In this document: in pieces, positions 21,007 through 31,998 of the stretch
Position numbering within the stretch: position 1 is the first letter of the stretch
Layout of the letters: each line of letters begins with the position of its first letter
Assembly: GCA_022790975.1 (NCBI GenBank)
Contig: JAAVYF010000045.1
Coordinates: 133-64,132, forward strand
DNA from: Clostridia bacterium
Lineage (GTDB): Bacteria; Bacillota; Clostridia; TANB77; CAG-508
DNA: 64,000 nucleotides
Direction: 5' to 3'
Notes under the pieces: generated by a model
The model's input: the letters and a program-made list of their open reading frames with translations, nothing else
What the model was told of the DNA's origin: nothing
Database searches by the model: none
Translations under genes and position numbers: made by a program

Positions 21007-21673
21007 TTTCTTTTACCTCTCTTTCTTTTAGATTCTCTTGTAAAATTTGATTTACTTTTTCTTGTATTTCTTCTTTAGAATATAGATTCAAATCTATATC
21101 ATAGTCACCTTGTATTAAATAACCATTTTCTAATAACTGATGATTATATGAATAACTTTCCCCATATTTTTCAAAATCAAAGTAATTTGTAGCACCTAAT
21201 TTTTCAAGTTCATAATATAGTCCTATTTCTTCTGCCATTGTATATCCCATTTTGACATCTGGAGAACAATTTTCACAATGCTCAATTCCTTCAAAATTAT
21301 ATTGATAATAAGCTATATTATCTGCTTGTAAACAAATATTTATTAATTCATCTATACCATAGTATTCTTCTTCCTCATAAACCAAATGTGCTAAAACAGC
21401 TTCCTTTTGAAAATTATCTAATGTACTAAATATTATTGCTAATTCATTTATATCTTTTACACTAGCCCATTGAATTGAACTATATGGAAAAGGTTCTATA
21501 TTATCAATATCTGCAATTTCATATTCCTCGTGTTCATCATCAACTTTTACTACTTCTTTCAAATATTTATCTATAACTTCTGGAGATTGTGGTAAATCTA
21601 TCCAATCTCCTGCTATATATCCTTCATTGTAATAAGCAAGATTTTGAGCAAAAATACTAAATACTTTTTGCAT
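20996..21673 (-). CDS. ardA: ArdA-family antirestriction protein
   Basis: NLAYYNEGYIAGDWIDLP, EYEIAD and YFDFEKYGE; very acidic. Confidence 0.8.
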   Translation of the reverse strand: MQKVFSIFAQNLAYYNEGYIAGDWIDLPQSPEVIDKYLKEVVKVDDEHEEYEIADIDNIEPFPYSSIQWASVKDINELAIIFSTLDNFQKEAVLAHLVYEEEEYYGIDELINICLQADNIAYYQYNFEGIEHCENCSPDVKMGYTMAEEIGLYYELEKLGATNYFDFEKYGESYSYNHQLLENGYLIQGDYDIDLNLYSKEEIQEKVNQILQENLKEREVKEIEI

Positions 21674-21732
21674 AATAATTCCTCCTTTAAAAATTCTTTC
21701 ACATTTCTTAAAATTTTATTTAAAGTATAAAT

Positions 21733-22065
21733 TTAATTTATTTCAAATTCATCTTCCCATTGAATCGAATTATAAGAAACGCCTTCACCATCTTCATACA
21801 CATTATGGAATACTTTGGCTTTATCAAAATCTGCCTTTTGTTCATTATAAAGTTCAAGCACTCTTTCCATTCCTAATTCTTTGATATATGGATTGCTATA
21901 ATGTGATTCTATAAAACTATGCCCATAACATAAGCAACTATTTATCATCTCTCTACAGTCTAGTTCTCTATGTAATCGTTCTTGCTCTTTTGTTAATTTG
22001 CAAGGATTTCCATTCTCAAATCGTGGTATTTCATTTTTTATTTTTTCTATTTCTTTTCTTGTCAT
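21733..22065 (-). CDS. Hypothetical ICE protein
   Basis: Start MTRKEIE at 22065 after a GGAGGTG RBS; the longer ORF-track start overlaps a terminator. Confidence 0.6.
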   Translation of the reverse strand: MTRKEIEKIKNEIPRFENGNPCKLTKEQERLHRELDCREMINSCLCYGHSFIESHYSNPYIKELGMERVLELYNEQKADFDKAKVFHNVYEDGEGVSYNSIQWEDEFEIN

Positions 22066-22335
22066 ATTATTTTCACCTCCAATAAAAAAAGAAGCGAATC
22101 TCATTTGATTTGCTTCTATCATATTTAATCATATAAAAACTTATATAAAGTTTTTCTTTAACCCTTTTTAAAAGTCAACATTATTTTTTCATTATTAGCA
22201 TAAAATTGATAAGTAACTAATGAATATCCTTCTTTATCCATTTTATTGCACATTTCATCTATTGATTGTGCTACCATTTCAATATTTCCAACTCTATCAA
22301 TTATCTTTGTTAAGTACATTTTTCATTCTCCAATC

Positions 22336-23199
22336 TTATATAGTATCTATTTCTTCTAAATCATCCATCTCTTTAAGTAATCCCTCTTTGCCCTCTATAA
22401 ACATTTTTTCATCTACACATATTGTTGTAACATTTAATGCTTGAATTTTATTTGTTAAATCTTGTGCTTTTTGTATGTCATAACTTAATTTATAAATTTG
22501 ACCAACATCTGTAACTACTAAATGAGAAAACTCTCCACTTTCAAATCTTTTTAACATACCATCAAATATTTCTCTATCTTTTAAGAAAGATCCTATTTCT
22601 ATAAATATCTCATAATTATCAGTTTCTAATACATCTTTGCAGAATTTTATTAGTCTATTCTTCTTTTCTTCGCTCCTTTTGGAATCATTGATGCTATAAT
22701 GCACAAAAATAGCACATTTTTTTACTTCTCTAAAGTCTAACTTTGGTTGTTCTTCTTTCTTTTCTTTATTTTGCATTATATATTCATACATTTCATTACA
22801 AATTGCTCGACTTTCCATTTCTAACATTATACAGTCCTTTAATTGTTTAGGTGTGTCATTATCTTCTGCTATTTTTTGTAAATTATTATCTGATAATAAA
22901 TCATCAAATTTATCTTCATCTAGTTCTTGAAAATCAATATTTAAATGTTCCTCTAATAAATTACACATCTCCTCACTATAATAATCACTAAATCTCAATA
23001 GTTCTACTGCATCTTCACTATGTGCAATTTTTTCAAGTTCCTCATAACTATTAGCTTTTCTCCATACAAAAAATTCTTCTATTTGTCTTTTTATGGAATC
23101 TAACATTGCATTTTCTGTAGATTTACTTAAAATATATTCTTCTAAATACTTTTTATCTTTTATAACTAATTGGTAATATCTTTCTAATACATTACTCAT
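22336..23199 (-). CDS. Protein with a C-terminal degenerate resolvase (serine recombinase catalytic-like) domain
   Basis: CAIFVHYS...RLIKFC...EIFIEIG...REIFDGML...GEFSHLVVTDVGQI parallels the resolvase fold, but the catalytic arginines are replaced. Confidence 0.5.
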   Translation of the reverse strand: MSNVLERYYQLVIKDKKYLEEYILSKSTENAMLDSIKRQIEEFFVWRKANSYEELEKIAHSEDAVELLRFSDYYSEEMCNLLEEHLNIDFQELDEDKFDDLLSDNNLQKIAEDNDTPKQLKDCIMLEMESRAICNEMYEYIMQNKEKKEEQPKLDFREVKKCAIFVHYSINDSKRSEEKKNRLIKFCKDVLETDNYEIFIEIGSFLKDREIFDGMLKRFESGEFSHLVVTDVGQIYKLSYDIQKAQDLTNKIQALNVTTICVDEKMFIEGKEGLLKEMDDLEEIDTI

Positions 23200-23322
23200 A
23201 TTCTCTCACCTTCTTTATTGTTTTTCTATATATTTCCATTATTTGAAATGATTATAATATAAAAACAGATAATTAGCAACACTAACTATCTGTTCTATAA
23301 CTTATGATTTTCAACCAACTAT

Positions 23323-23646
23323 TTACTTATAAAATTTATAGTTTCTATATTCATCTAATATAGTGTTAATTTTTTTGCTTACATTATCTATTAATTTTAT
23401 TGTAATAATTTCATCTTCAAATCGAGCTGTAACAACAAATTTTATTCTTATTAAATCTATATATCCAATTTCGTGATACTTTTCGCTAGCATCAACATAA
23501 ATCCTTTTGTAGCTTTCAGTCTGTTCCCATCTGCCAAATAATATTTTCCTGTGTTCTACTCTCTTAATTTTTTGAAGTTTCTCCAAAATCTCATCTGCTT
23601 CTAAAAATTTCTCTGGTGTTATTTGATAATATAGTATTTCTTCCAA
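23323..23646 (-). CDS. Hypothetical protein (cargo)
   Basis: 107-aa ORF with RBS. Confidence 0.55.
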   Translation of the reverse strand: MEEILYYQITPEKFLEADEILEKLQKIKRVEHRKILFGRWEQTESYKRIYVDASEKYHEIGYIDLIRIKFVVTARFEDEIITIKLIDNVSKKINTILDEYRNYKFYK

Positions 23647-23737
23647 AAATTATTCCCCTCTTTTTTACATTTATTATTTCTATAAAAATAAGTCTTATTA
23701 TTACATTTTTATTTAATAAGCAAATTGTAATTTGTAT

Positions 23738-24220
23738 TTATAAATCAAACATACTTTTTTCGTAGTCTTTTACATAGTATCTTATATTAGTTCTACCTTT
23801 TTGAATAATAGTATGTCCTTCTTGTTCTAACATTTTCTTTTGAAGTTCTATGCCTTCTGGATATTTTGGATTTAATTCTCCATCTGCTTTTAATGTTCTC
23901 CAGTATGGTGTTTCGTTTTCTTTTCTTTGATAACTTGCCCAAGCTACAATAGATGTAAATATTCCTGCTGTTATTGGGTCTGTAAAGTCTGCATTATTAT
24001 TTTTTGCAAAATAAGCTCTAATTGCTCCAACTGTTATTACTTTTCCATAAGGTATTTTTCTCATAATTTCATCATAAGCTATTGGTGGTGCAAAATACAT
24101 ATTATCTCCACCATATTTCTTAATACTTGCCTCATCTGTAATCTTTACATATTTAGGCATATCTTTACTATCATTTAACATAGCATTAAAATCTTTTTTA
24201 CTTTCATTCGCCATAATCAA
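23738..24220 (-). CDS. MGMT/alkyltransferase-like DNA-binding protein
   Basis: IPYGKVIT...PYWRTL...LQKKMLEQEG; has PYWR rather than the catalytic PCHR. Confidence 0.7.
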   Translation of the reverse strand: MIMANESKKDFNAMLNDSKDMPKYVKITDEASIKKYGGDNMYFAPPIAYDEIMRKIPYGKVITVGAIRAYFAKNNNADFTDPITAGIFTSIVAWASYQRKENETPYWRTLKADGELNPKYPEGIELQKKMLEQEGHTIIQKGRTNIRYYVKDYEKSMFDL

Positions 24221-24288
24221 TTCCTCCTTCTACCTAAATTATATAAGATTATTTTATATATGCAATGAGGTAGTTCTATTTTTTTATA

Positions 24289-24684
24289 TTATTGCAATTC
24301 TTTTTCTAAATCTCTCATATATCTTTTTTGCATACTTTTCAAATATTGTTTTGCTAACAACTTCATTATGAAATTATTAGTTTCTATTTCTTCTGTAAAA
24401 TCCAAGCGTACATTTCCATTCTCTAATTTTTTTAATACACCTACCCATTTACCTTTAATGTTAGTATTTTCTATATCAAATTTATATTCTTTTAAATATT
24501 CTTTTGAAGTAATAGTAAAATAAGTTGGAAAATTATTTTTTGCATATTCTACAAAATGTTTATCATCTATTATTTCTATTTTAGATAAATCACTTCGCCA
24601 AGCATATTGGGTATTATCTGTGATAATACTCCATAACTTTTCTATATTACAATTAAATTCTTTTTTTATATTTGAACTAATCAT
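24289..24684 (-). CDS. SRPBCC/polyketide cyclase-like protein
   Basis: FNCNIEKLWSIITD...WRSDL N-terminal pattern. Confidence 0.6.
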   Translation of the reverse strand: MISSNIKKEFNCNIEKLWSIITDNTQYAWRSDLSKIEIIDDKHFVEYAKNNFPTYFTITSKEYLKEYKFDIENTNIKGKWVGVLKKLENGNVRLDFTEEIETNNFIMKLLAKQYLKSMQKRYMRDLEKELQ

Positions 24685-24715
24685 TTTATTCTCCCTTATT
24701 TATTGTAATTTTTCG

Positions 24716-24877
24716 CTATTTCTTTTTATCTTTAATAAAAATTCCTATCCCCATAAAAATAGCACTTAAAACAGCTAAAACTATTATACTATTATTTGAT
24801 AAAGTTATATTTATAAAATTTGATAATACAATAAAAAGTAATATTAAATATCCAATTATAATTAAAATTTTTCCCAT
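24716..24877 (-). CDS. Small two-TM membrane protein (not in the ORF track)
   Basis: 53 aa MGKILIIIGYLILLFIV...; AGGAG RBS. Confidence 0.5.
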   Translation of the reverse strand: MGKILIIIGYLILLFIVLSNFINITLSNNSIIVLAVLSAIFMGIGIFIKDKKK

Positions 24878-24903
24878 TTTAAACTCTCCTATATATTGTA
24901 TTT

Positions 24904-25122
24904 TTATTTTTGATTATCATTATTGTCTTTCTTTTTTATTCCTGAACCTATTGCCATACCTAAACTCATACCAATACTTATTCCAAAACACATACAAATA
25001 CCAATATTATTTATGCAACTTCCTACTACTGCTCCAACTGCTACTCCAAAACACATTCCTAAACTCATACCAATAGACATATAATTTTCTTCGTTAATTT
25101 GTGTATTTTTTTCTTTATCCAT
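24904..25122 (-). CDS. Glycine-zipper membrane protein
   Basis: GxxxG repeats GMSLGMCFGVAVG and GISIGMSLGMAIG. Confidence 0.6.
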   Translation of the reverse strand: MDKEKNTQINEENYMSIGMSLGMCFGVAVGAVVGSCINNIGICMCFGISIGMSLGMAIGSGIKKKDNNDNQK

Positions 25123-25192
25123 AAACTTTATATCTCCTTTATATATTACTATTAGTCGAGATAATTATACCATAAAGAACTTTATTTAGCAA

Positions 25193-26230
25193 TTAGTATT
25201 CATAGTCCATTTCCTCAAATTCGACTTTTAAATTCTTTTCAATATTATCTTTCATCTTTTCAAACATTTCATTATCCTTCTCAATCGCAATACTATTTCT
25301 ATTTTTATTGTAACAGGCCACAACAAAATTTCCACTTCCTGCATACTGATCCAATAAAGTTTCATAAGGTTTTGAAATATATTCAATTATTTCTTCTATC
25401 AATTTTACTGGTTTCTCTGCCTCCATAACCTTATCTCTTGTATTTTTAGGTTGATAATCAAATACAGTTGGTAACATACCATTTGTACCTTTCATATAGT
25501 AAACATCAAGATTATTTTCTTGCAGCATATCTCTAACTTCATAAGATGATTTTCCCTTCACATCTAAATTATTTTCTTTTGCTATTGCTAGATTTTTCTT
25601 TGCATCTAATTTTAGACTTCTAGGTTCACCATTGCTAAATATCATAACATCTTCAACATTCTTACTTTTTCTTCCAGTATTAGAAACGAAATTACCTTTT
25701 TTCCAGGCAACTTTAGCAAAATATTTGAAACCACTTTCTTGTGCCATTTTCTTAATTTCATATAAGTAATCAAAATTAACTTCGGATTCCTCTGGTAAAA
25801 ATTCAACAAGAAATGCACCATCTTTCAATACTCTCTGCTTTTCCCTAAAATCATTACTTTCATATCTAAATAATTCAAATGTAGCAAATTTTCTGTTGCC
25901 TCCAGTCAAAGCCTTTTGCAAATTGTATGGGTGGTCTGTAATAATTCCATCAATGCTTTTATCTTTTATCATACTTAAATCTCTACCATCTCCTTTTATA
26001 AGTAAACAAGTATTTTCTATTCCTTCTATTTGGCTTGTTACCTTATAAACTCCTCTTGAAATTTTAGTAAAGATACCTTTTTCTACTCCCTCATAAATAC
26101 GAGCCCTAATTGATTCGTTATTTACTTGCATATTCTTAATATTTTTGACAAGATTTGTTGCTTCTTGCATTGAAAATTTTTCTTCATCAAAAAAATATTC
26201 AAATAGATTCATTTGTATCGTGTTATCCAT
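25193..26230 (-). CDS. N4/N6 DNA methyltransferase (orphan)
   Basis: IITDHPY catalytic-like motif and LLDQYAGSG SAM-binding motif, in beta order. Confidence 0.75.
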   Translation of the reverse strand: MDNTIQMNLFEYFFDEEKFSMQEATNLVKNIKNMQVNNESIRARIYEGVEKGIFTKISRGVYKVTSQIEGIENTCLLIKGDGRDLSMIKDKSIDGIITDHPYNLQKALTGGNRKFATFELFRYESNDFREKQRVLKDGAFLVEFLPEESEVNFDYLYEIKKMAQESGFKYFAKVAWKKGNFVSNTGRKSKNVEDVMIFSNGEPRSLKLDAKKNLAIAKENNLDVKGKSSYEVRDMLQENNLDVYYMKGTNGMLPTVFDYQPKNTRDKVMEAEKPVKLIEEIIEYISKPYETLLDQYAGSGNFVVACYNKNRNSIAIEKDNEMFEKMKDNIEKNLKVEFEEMDYEY

Positions 26231-26241
26231 ATTGCACCTTC

Positions 26242-27342
26242 CTAATATTCAAGTTCTTTATCTTTTTCACTCAAATAGTAATTATCAAATTCTTTATTTA
26301 GATATTCTATGACTTGATTATCTGTTAAATTTAAGTTAAACCACCTAACATCTCGGGTTATTTCATTTTCCCACACATCATCTGTTATTCTGATTCCATA
26401 TTCAAGATATGCCTCTCCATTATTGTAATGAAGTTCCACACATTTTCCATTTTCCATTACTCTAGCAACTGTAAAAGCATTTTCATTATCTAAATCAGAT
26501 ATATTCGTAATTGTTTCTTCTACACTATCTTCTAAATCTTGACTATATATTTTTAATGGTTCATCTAACAACATTTTAGGAGGATCTTTAGAAACAATTT
26601 GAATGATATTATCTATTTCTTCATCTGTTAATGCCAAATTTGAAAATACTTCCCATTTGTGTTTTCCTTCTCTGTCTATCCAACTTCTTTCTACAGTTAC
26701 ATACTCTCTATTACCTTTTATTTCAATCTCTACATTATAAACAGTAGTATCATTATAATTTCCAACATATTCAGCAGAAATCACTTTCAAACTAGATTCA
26801 ATTTGCATTTTTTGTTGTAATTCATAAATTTGTTGTTTTAATCTTTGATTTTCTTCTAATAGTAATCCTTTCTTCATATTACTTATAGATTTTATTTCTC
26901 TTTGTTTACTAATTTTTTGTATTTTATCCATACTAATATGGTCTTTTTCAGTAACAATAATATGATCTTGGAGTTTTATATTAAATACTTTTAACATTTC
27001 ATTCGTTACATTTGTTAAGTGAAAGTCATCCTTACTAGGTTCTAAATTATTTGAAGGATGATTGTGTACTAAAATAACTTTATTACTCGCAGAATAAAGT
27101 GCAGTTCTTATAATTTCTTTTGTGTCTATTACCACATTACAAGAAGTTCCAATTCCTAATAAAGTAATATTTCTAACATTATTTCTATTGTCTAATCCAA
27201 TAAATAAAAGATGTTCTCGAATCCCATTTCTAATTTCTTGAACATCTTTTAACTTTAGAACATCCATAGGAGAACTAACTTTTATATTTTCATCAATATT
27301 CTTTTTAGGTTTCTCAATAATATCAACATTCATTACTATCAC
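26242..27342 (-). CDS. JAB/RadC-domain protein with C-terminal extension
   Basis: ILVHNHPSNNLEPSKDD...LQDHIIV. Confidence 0.8.
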   Translation of the reverse strand: MIVMNVDIIEKPKKNIDENIKVSSPMDVLKLKDVQEIRNGIREHLLFIGLDNRNNVRNITLLGIGTSCNVVIDTKEIIRTALYSASNKVILVHNHPSNNLEPSKDDFHLTNVTNEMLKVFNIKLQDHIIVTEKDHISMDKIQKISKQREIKSISNMKKGLLLEENQRLKQQIYELQQKMQIESSLKVISAEYVGNYNDTTVYNVEIEIKGNREYVTVERSWIDREGKHKWEVFSNLALTDEEIDNIIQIVSKDPPKMLLDEPLKIYSQDLEDSVEETITNISDLDNENAFTVARVMENGKCVELHYNNGEAYLEYGIRITDDVWENEITRDVRWFNLNLTDNQVIEYLNKEFDNYYLSEKDKELEY

Positions 27343-27503
27343 CTCCGAAATTTAATTATTATAAAAAAAGAAAATGAGTACATAAAAATTACAATACCCA
27401 TTTTCACTCTAAAATCTTCAAAACATATTGTTATAAACAACATAGTTGCTATAAATAAAATTAATAAAAACATCCTTAATAACTTTTTCAAAATATATCG
27501 CCT

Positions 27504-29306
27504 CTATTGTTTTAGTCTTGCAAATCCATAGAAATGTGAACCATTCCACCAACCATCTTTATATTTTCTAATTCTGACTCCAGATGGATTGCCTCCTGTG
27601 TCTATCACCCATTCAGCAGTTTGTCCATTGATTGTTAATTCTCCCATATATATACCAATATGTGTTATGCTTTCAACTCCCTCTGTTGGAAAATTACCAT
27701 AAGTATTCTTTAAGAATATTAAATCTCCTGCTTGTCTATCCTCAACTGATATTGGAGAACAATGGTATCTATATATTCCTTCTGCTCCTGTGTTTGGAAT
27801 TTGCTTTATGCCTGTGTGAGCCAAACAATGTATTACCCAAGATGAACAGTCATAATAATCCATACAAGTATCATATTTCAAATTACTATGATCCATCAAA
27901 TATCTCTTACCTGCATTTTTTAAGAACTCATCATATATTTTTTTAATTTGTTCATCTCCAATATTTACATTTAGATAAGCATAGGTAGATTGAAAATTTG
28001 CACTAAATAAATCAAAAAATGAATTAGAATTATATAGTAACTTTATTTGTTCTACTTCACTATCTGTAAATCTAGTTTGATGAGAATCATATTTTACCTT
28101 TTTCTTTTTCTTGTAATTGTTTATCACACTAAAATTATTATTACACCAGTCAATATAAGAATTTAGTGATGGATTGGTAACAACCTTTTTAGTTTCTGTA
28201 ACTGTTACTTTTGTTTTAGTTACTGTTCCATCTCTATTAGGTGTTTCAACCTCTTTTTCATAGGTATATGTCACATCTTCTATTTTTTCATATAAACCTG
28301 CATCTTTAAATTTTCCTAACAATTCTTTTTCTGCATTATCAAAAGTCAAATCGCCATTAAGCATTTGCACTATTGAAAGAGGTGCTTTCCAATTTATCAT
28401 TCCTTTTCCTTCAATAGTTCCATCTACTACCTTTCCAGAATTGTAGAACTCAACAGTAGTTTTATCATATTCACTCTGTGTATTTATCATATATGTTTCA
28501 TATTCTTTTCTTGTATCTTCACTCATTCCAATACCAAAGAAATTACAAAATGCTGCTATAACAAATATTATAATAAGAATTGGTGCAATTTGAGGTAACA
28601 TAGATAAAATAAGTTTTACTGCACTTTCTACTAACTTTACTATTAGTTTCATTATTTTAATCATCACATTAGTAGTTTTAGCAATTATCTTTTTACCTAT
28701 TTTCTTTCCTACCTTTTTAGTATATTTAACAGTCTTTTTAGTTATTTTTTTCGTTACCTTGTTTGCAACCTTTTTTATAGGTTTGGTCATAATTCTACTT
28801 GATGTTCCTTTAAAAGCAGTTGTTCCATTTTCATTTAGTCCTGCACTTATATCTATACCTGTCCTAATCATTTTTTGTGTAGAATTGTTTATCATCTTTG
28901 TACCTTTTATTATGGTTGAAATTCGTTTTGACCTTTTTAGTTTTTTATTTAATGTAGCATTATAATCAACAATATCAGTATCTTCTTTTGCTACAGTTTG
29001 AATCCTATTTGGCTTTATTATTTTTTTATTATCACTCTTATTTGTTTGAAGTTCATTATATTGCTTTACTTTAGTTGATATTTGTTTTTCATTATTTGCA
29101 TTTTCATCTTTTTCTTGTACTTCATTATCAAATCCAGTTTCAATTCTAGAATTATCAATATCACTTTCAGTTATCTTATTTAATTGCTCTGCATACCATT
29201 TATTTATACCTTCTGCACTATCTAAAATAAGATTTTTTCCTTTATTTTTATATTCATTATATTTGTTTAGAGAATTTGCTACTTCTTTATTATTTTCATT
29301 TGCCAT
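27504..29306 (-). CDS. NlpC/P60 cell-wall hydrolase of the conjugation system (VirB1-like)
   Basis: TM segment, then YDCSSWV...GDLIF...ITHIGIY. Confidence 0.8.
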   Translation of the reverse strand: MANENNKEVANSLNKYNEYKNKGKNLILDSAEGINKWYAEQLNKITESDIDNSRIETGFDNEVQEKDENANNEKQISTKVKQYNELQTNKSDNKKIIKPNRIQTVAKEDTDIVDYNATLNKKLKRSKRISTIIKGTKMINNSTQKMIRTGIDISAGLNENGTTAFKGTSSRIMTKPIKKVANKVTKKITKKTVKYTKKVGKKIGKKIIAKTTNVMIKIMKLIVKLVESAVKLILSMLPQIAPILIIIFVIAAFCNFFGIGMSEDTRKEYETYMINTQSEYDKTTVEFYNSGKVVDGTIEGKGMINWKAPLSIVQMLNGDLTFDNAEKELLGKFKDAGLYEKIEDVTYTYEKEVETPNRDGTVTKTKVTVTETKKVVTNPSLNSYIDWCNNNFSVINNYKKKKKVKYDSHQTRFTDSEVEQIKLLYNSNSFFDLFSANFQSTYAYLNVNIGDEQIKKIYDEFLKNAGKRYLMDHSNLKYDTCMDYYDCSSWVIHCLAHTGIKQIPNTGAEGIYRYHCSPISVEDRQAGDLIFLKNTYGNFPTEGVESITHIGIYMGELTINGQTAEWVIDTGGNPSGVRIRKYKDGWWNGSHFYGFARLKQ

Positions 29307-29309
29307 AAT

Positions 29310-31739
29310 CTACCCTCTGTTCACTTGCATATTTGATGTTTGGTTTAATTCATAAATATATGAATCTTTTGATACTTGATTTCTAAATATAACTTTATCC
29401 TCTCCATAGACAATAATACCTTGTCCGTGATGGCGAATCTGTTACATATCTTGCTTCCTCATCACTAATATCAAAAATCTTACAAATTGGTGGTAAATCT
29501 AAAGGCTTTTGTTTCAAAATCATAGCAAATTCAGAGTTTGATAATATCTTACAACCATCTTCATTTTTGATTACATCTGCGATATTCTGTGTAATGATGG
29601 TCGGAATTGCATTTTCTTTTCTTCCAGTTTTATAGATTTTTGCAATATATTCACTAGAGAACTTATTTGCAAGTAAAATATGAAATTCATCTATAAATAT
29701 CCAGGTATGTTTGCCTAGTGCTTTATTTCTATGTAGTCTATTTACAATATGGTCTAGTACAACTAGATAGCCTGTGGTTTGTATGCTCGGTGGCAGTTCT
29801 GATATATCAAATGTAATAAAACGATTTTTTATTTCTATATTTGTTTTTTGGGCGAAAATATCCATTCCTCCTACAACATATCTTTCAATAATAAGTGCTA
29901 AATTTTGTGCCTCCTTTTCTGGTTGTTTTAATAATTCATCATAAAATTTCTTAAAGTCTGGCTCATATTCTTCACTAAAATTATGGAGTTGATATTCTTC
30001 ATAAATATTATTCGTACAACGATCTATAAGAGTTTTTTGTTCTCCAGATAACCCATTTACAATAGATTCAATAAAAGCAAGTACAAACTCTGACTTTTCC
30101 TTTATTCCATCTTTATAATCTTTTGTATATTGCAAAGAACTATCAAATGGATTTATATGTGTATCTGTATTCGTACTTATATTCAATGCTTGTCCTCCAA
30201 ATGCCTTAATTAGTGGATAATATTCTCCGTTGGGGATCTATTACACAAATCTCATCTTCTGGGTATCGTAATAATACTTGTTCTATTAAGAGTTTTATTG
30301 AAAATGATTTTCCTGCTCCGACTTGTTGCTAAAACGCATCCATTTCCATTTAGTAATTTCTTTCTATCACAAAATACTGGATTTTTAGAAACAAGATTTA
30401 TTCCATAAAAAATAGAATCCTCGTGCATCAAGTCCTTGGTATTGAAAGGAACATTGGTAGCAGTAGATTCCGAAGTTAATGAGCGTTGTATCTGTAGATT
30501 ATTCCAACCAAATGGAAGGCAATTTTGTAATCCTTCTAATTGTTGCCAATCTAGGTTATACAGAGTAATTAAATATTCATTTCCTATACTCTTTACTAAT
30601 TTTGTTGCTTTGTTTAATTCTTCAAGAGAATTTGCTTGAATACATATAAGAAAATTATTAGTAAATAACTTTTGTTTTTTCTTTTGAAGTGCATCTCGCA
30701 AATCTTGTGCATCACTTATTGCATCTTCTAGTTTTTCATCCAACACAGCCTCATAACTATAATTGTTCTTATTGGCTTTTTTAATTTTTTCTAATCTCTC
30801 TGTTTTCATTCCAGAGATTTTTTTATTGACCATTTTTATAACTTTTGCAGGATCTGTAGGTGTAATATTTAATGTAGTAATTATATTATAATTTGTTATT
30901 GTTGTTATTCTATTATAAAATCTAGGTGTTACTGATTTTGGCAATTTGCTAACATATAACACACGAATATATTTACTTTCTCCTACTTTTATATAATTCT
31001 TTTCTCTAAATGAAACATCTTCTTTTGGAGCAATGACATCATATACACTTAATTTATTATCTATTGCATATTTAATAAAATTATCAATTCCATTTTCTTC
31101 TGCAAGTTCATTATGAAATATATTATATAATGTTGCCATTCTTTCCACTATATTTACTCTTGTTATTTTTGATTTTAATTCCTTAAATTTTTCTTCTGTT
31201 CTTAATTGATATTGAAGAAATATATCTTGTGCTTCTTTCATATTTTCTGCTTTTGTTGTAATAACTACTTGTCTTTTCTCACATAAAATTTCTTCTTTAT
31301 CTCCTATTGCTAGCTCTATAAGACTATTAAATTCATTTGCGATTTTAGATTCATTTTCATTTATACAATTTTCATTATATATAAATTTTTGCTTATAATC
31401 ATTAGTTTTTACTGGTGTTCCAAAACAAACTACTTGTATGTGATCGTTATAATTAAATGAATGTAGAAATTCAACCCATTTTAGAAAGATATTCTCTTGT
31501 TCTTCATAGTTTGCCTTTGCAAATGAAATGTCTTGATACTCAAAACAAACTGAAAAATGTGTATCATCTAGTTGGATTATTGAATTTTTTTCATTAAAAT
31601 CTTTAAAAAATGTATGTATCATTTGAGAAGTAGTTTTAGGTTTTGCTACTTTATGCTTCTGATATTTTTTTATTATTTTTGAAAAGATAGATTCTTTTTC
31701 GGATTTCTTTTCATTCTTTTTTTCTTTTACCTTTTTCAA
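29310..31739 (-). CDS. virB4: VirB4 ATPase; joined across three +1 shifts at CGG 30318-20, 30227-29 and 29425-27
   Basis: Skipping the C restores Walker A ATS-G-AGKS, IDPQ-G-EY and SPS-G-QGIIVYG. Walker B IFIDEFH is present. TTG start at 31739 after AGGAGG. Confidence 0.85.
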
Positions 31740-31752
31740 TGTTTTCCTCCTT

Positions 31753-31998
31753 TTACTTGTGAAGGAGATTGGGAATAAAATACCAATCTCCTTCAACTAA
31801 TTTTTTGAACATTCCTGTGTAGGTTAACTCTCCACAATATGGTTGTTTTTTTACTTTTCTTTTGAATATTGTGTAAAATACTACTCTAGTTTCTAAAATA
31901 GGATGTTTGTTATTATAAACTTTCATCCATTTAGCATTATGATTATTTAAGTAATATTCTAATAATGATTTTTCCCATTCACTTAAATTCATTTGCAT
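31753..31998 (-). CDS. Hypothetical protein
   Basis: 81-aa ORF coupled between prgI and virB4. Confidence 0.5.
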   Translation of the reverse strand: MQMNLSEWEKSLLEYYLNNHNAKWMKVYNNKHPILETRVVFYTIFKRKVKKQPYCGELTYTGMFKKLVEGDWYFIPNLLHK

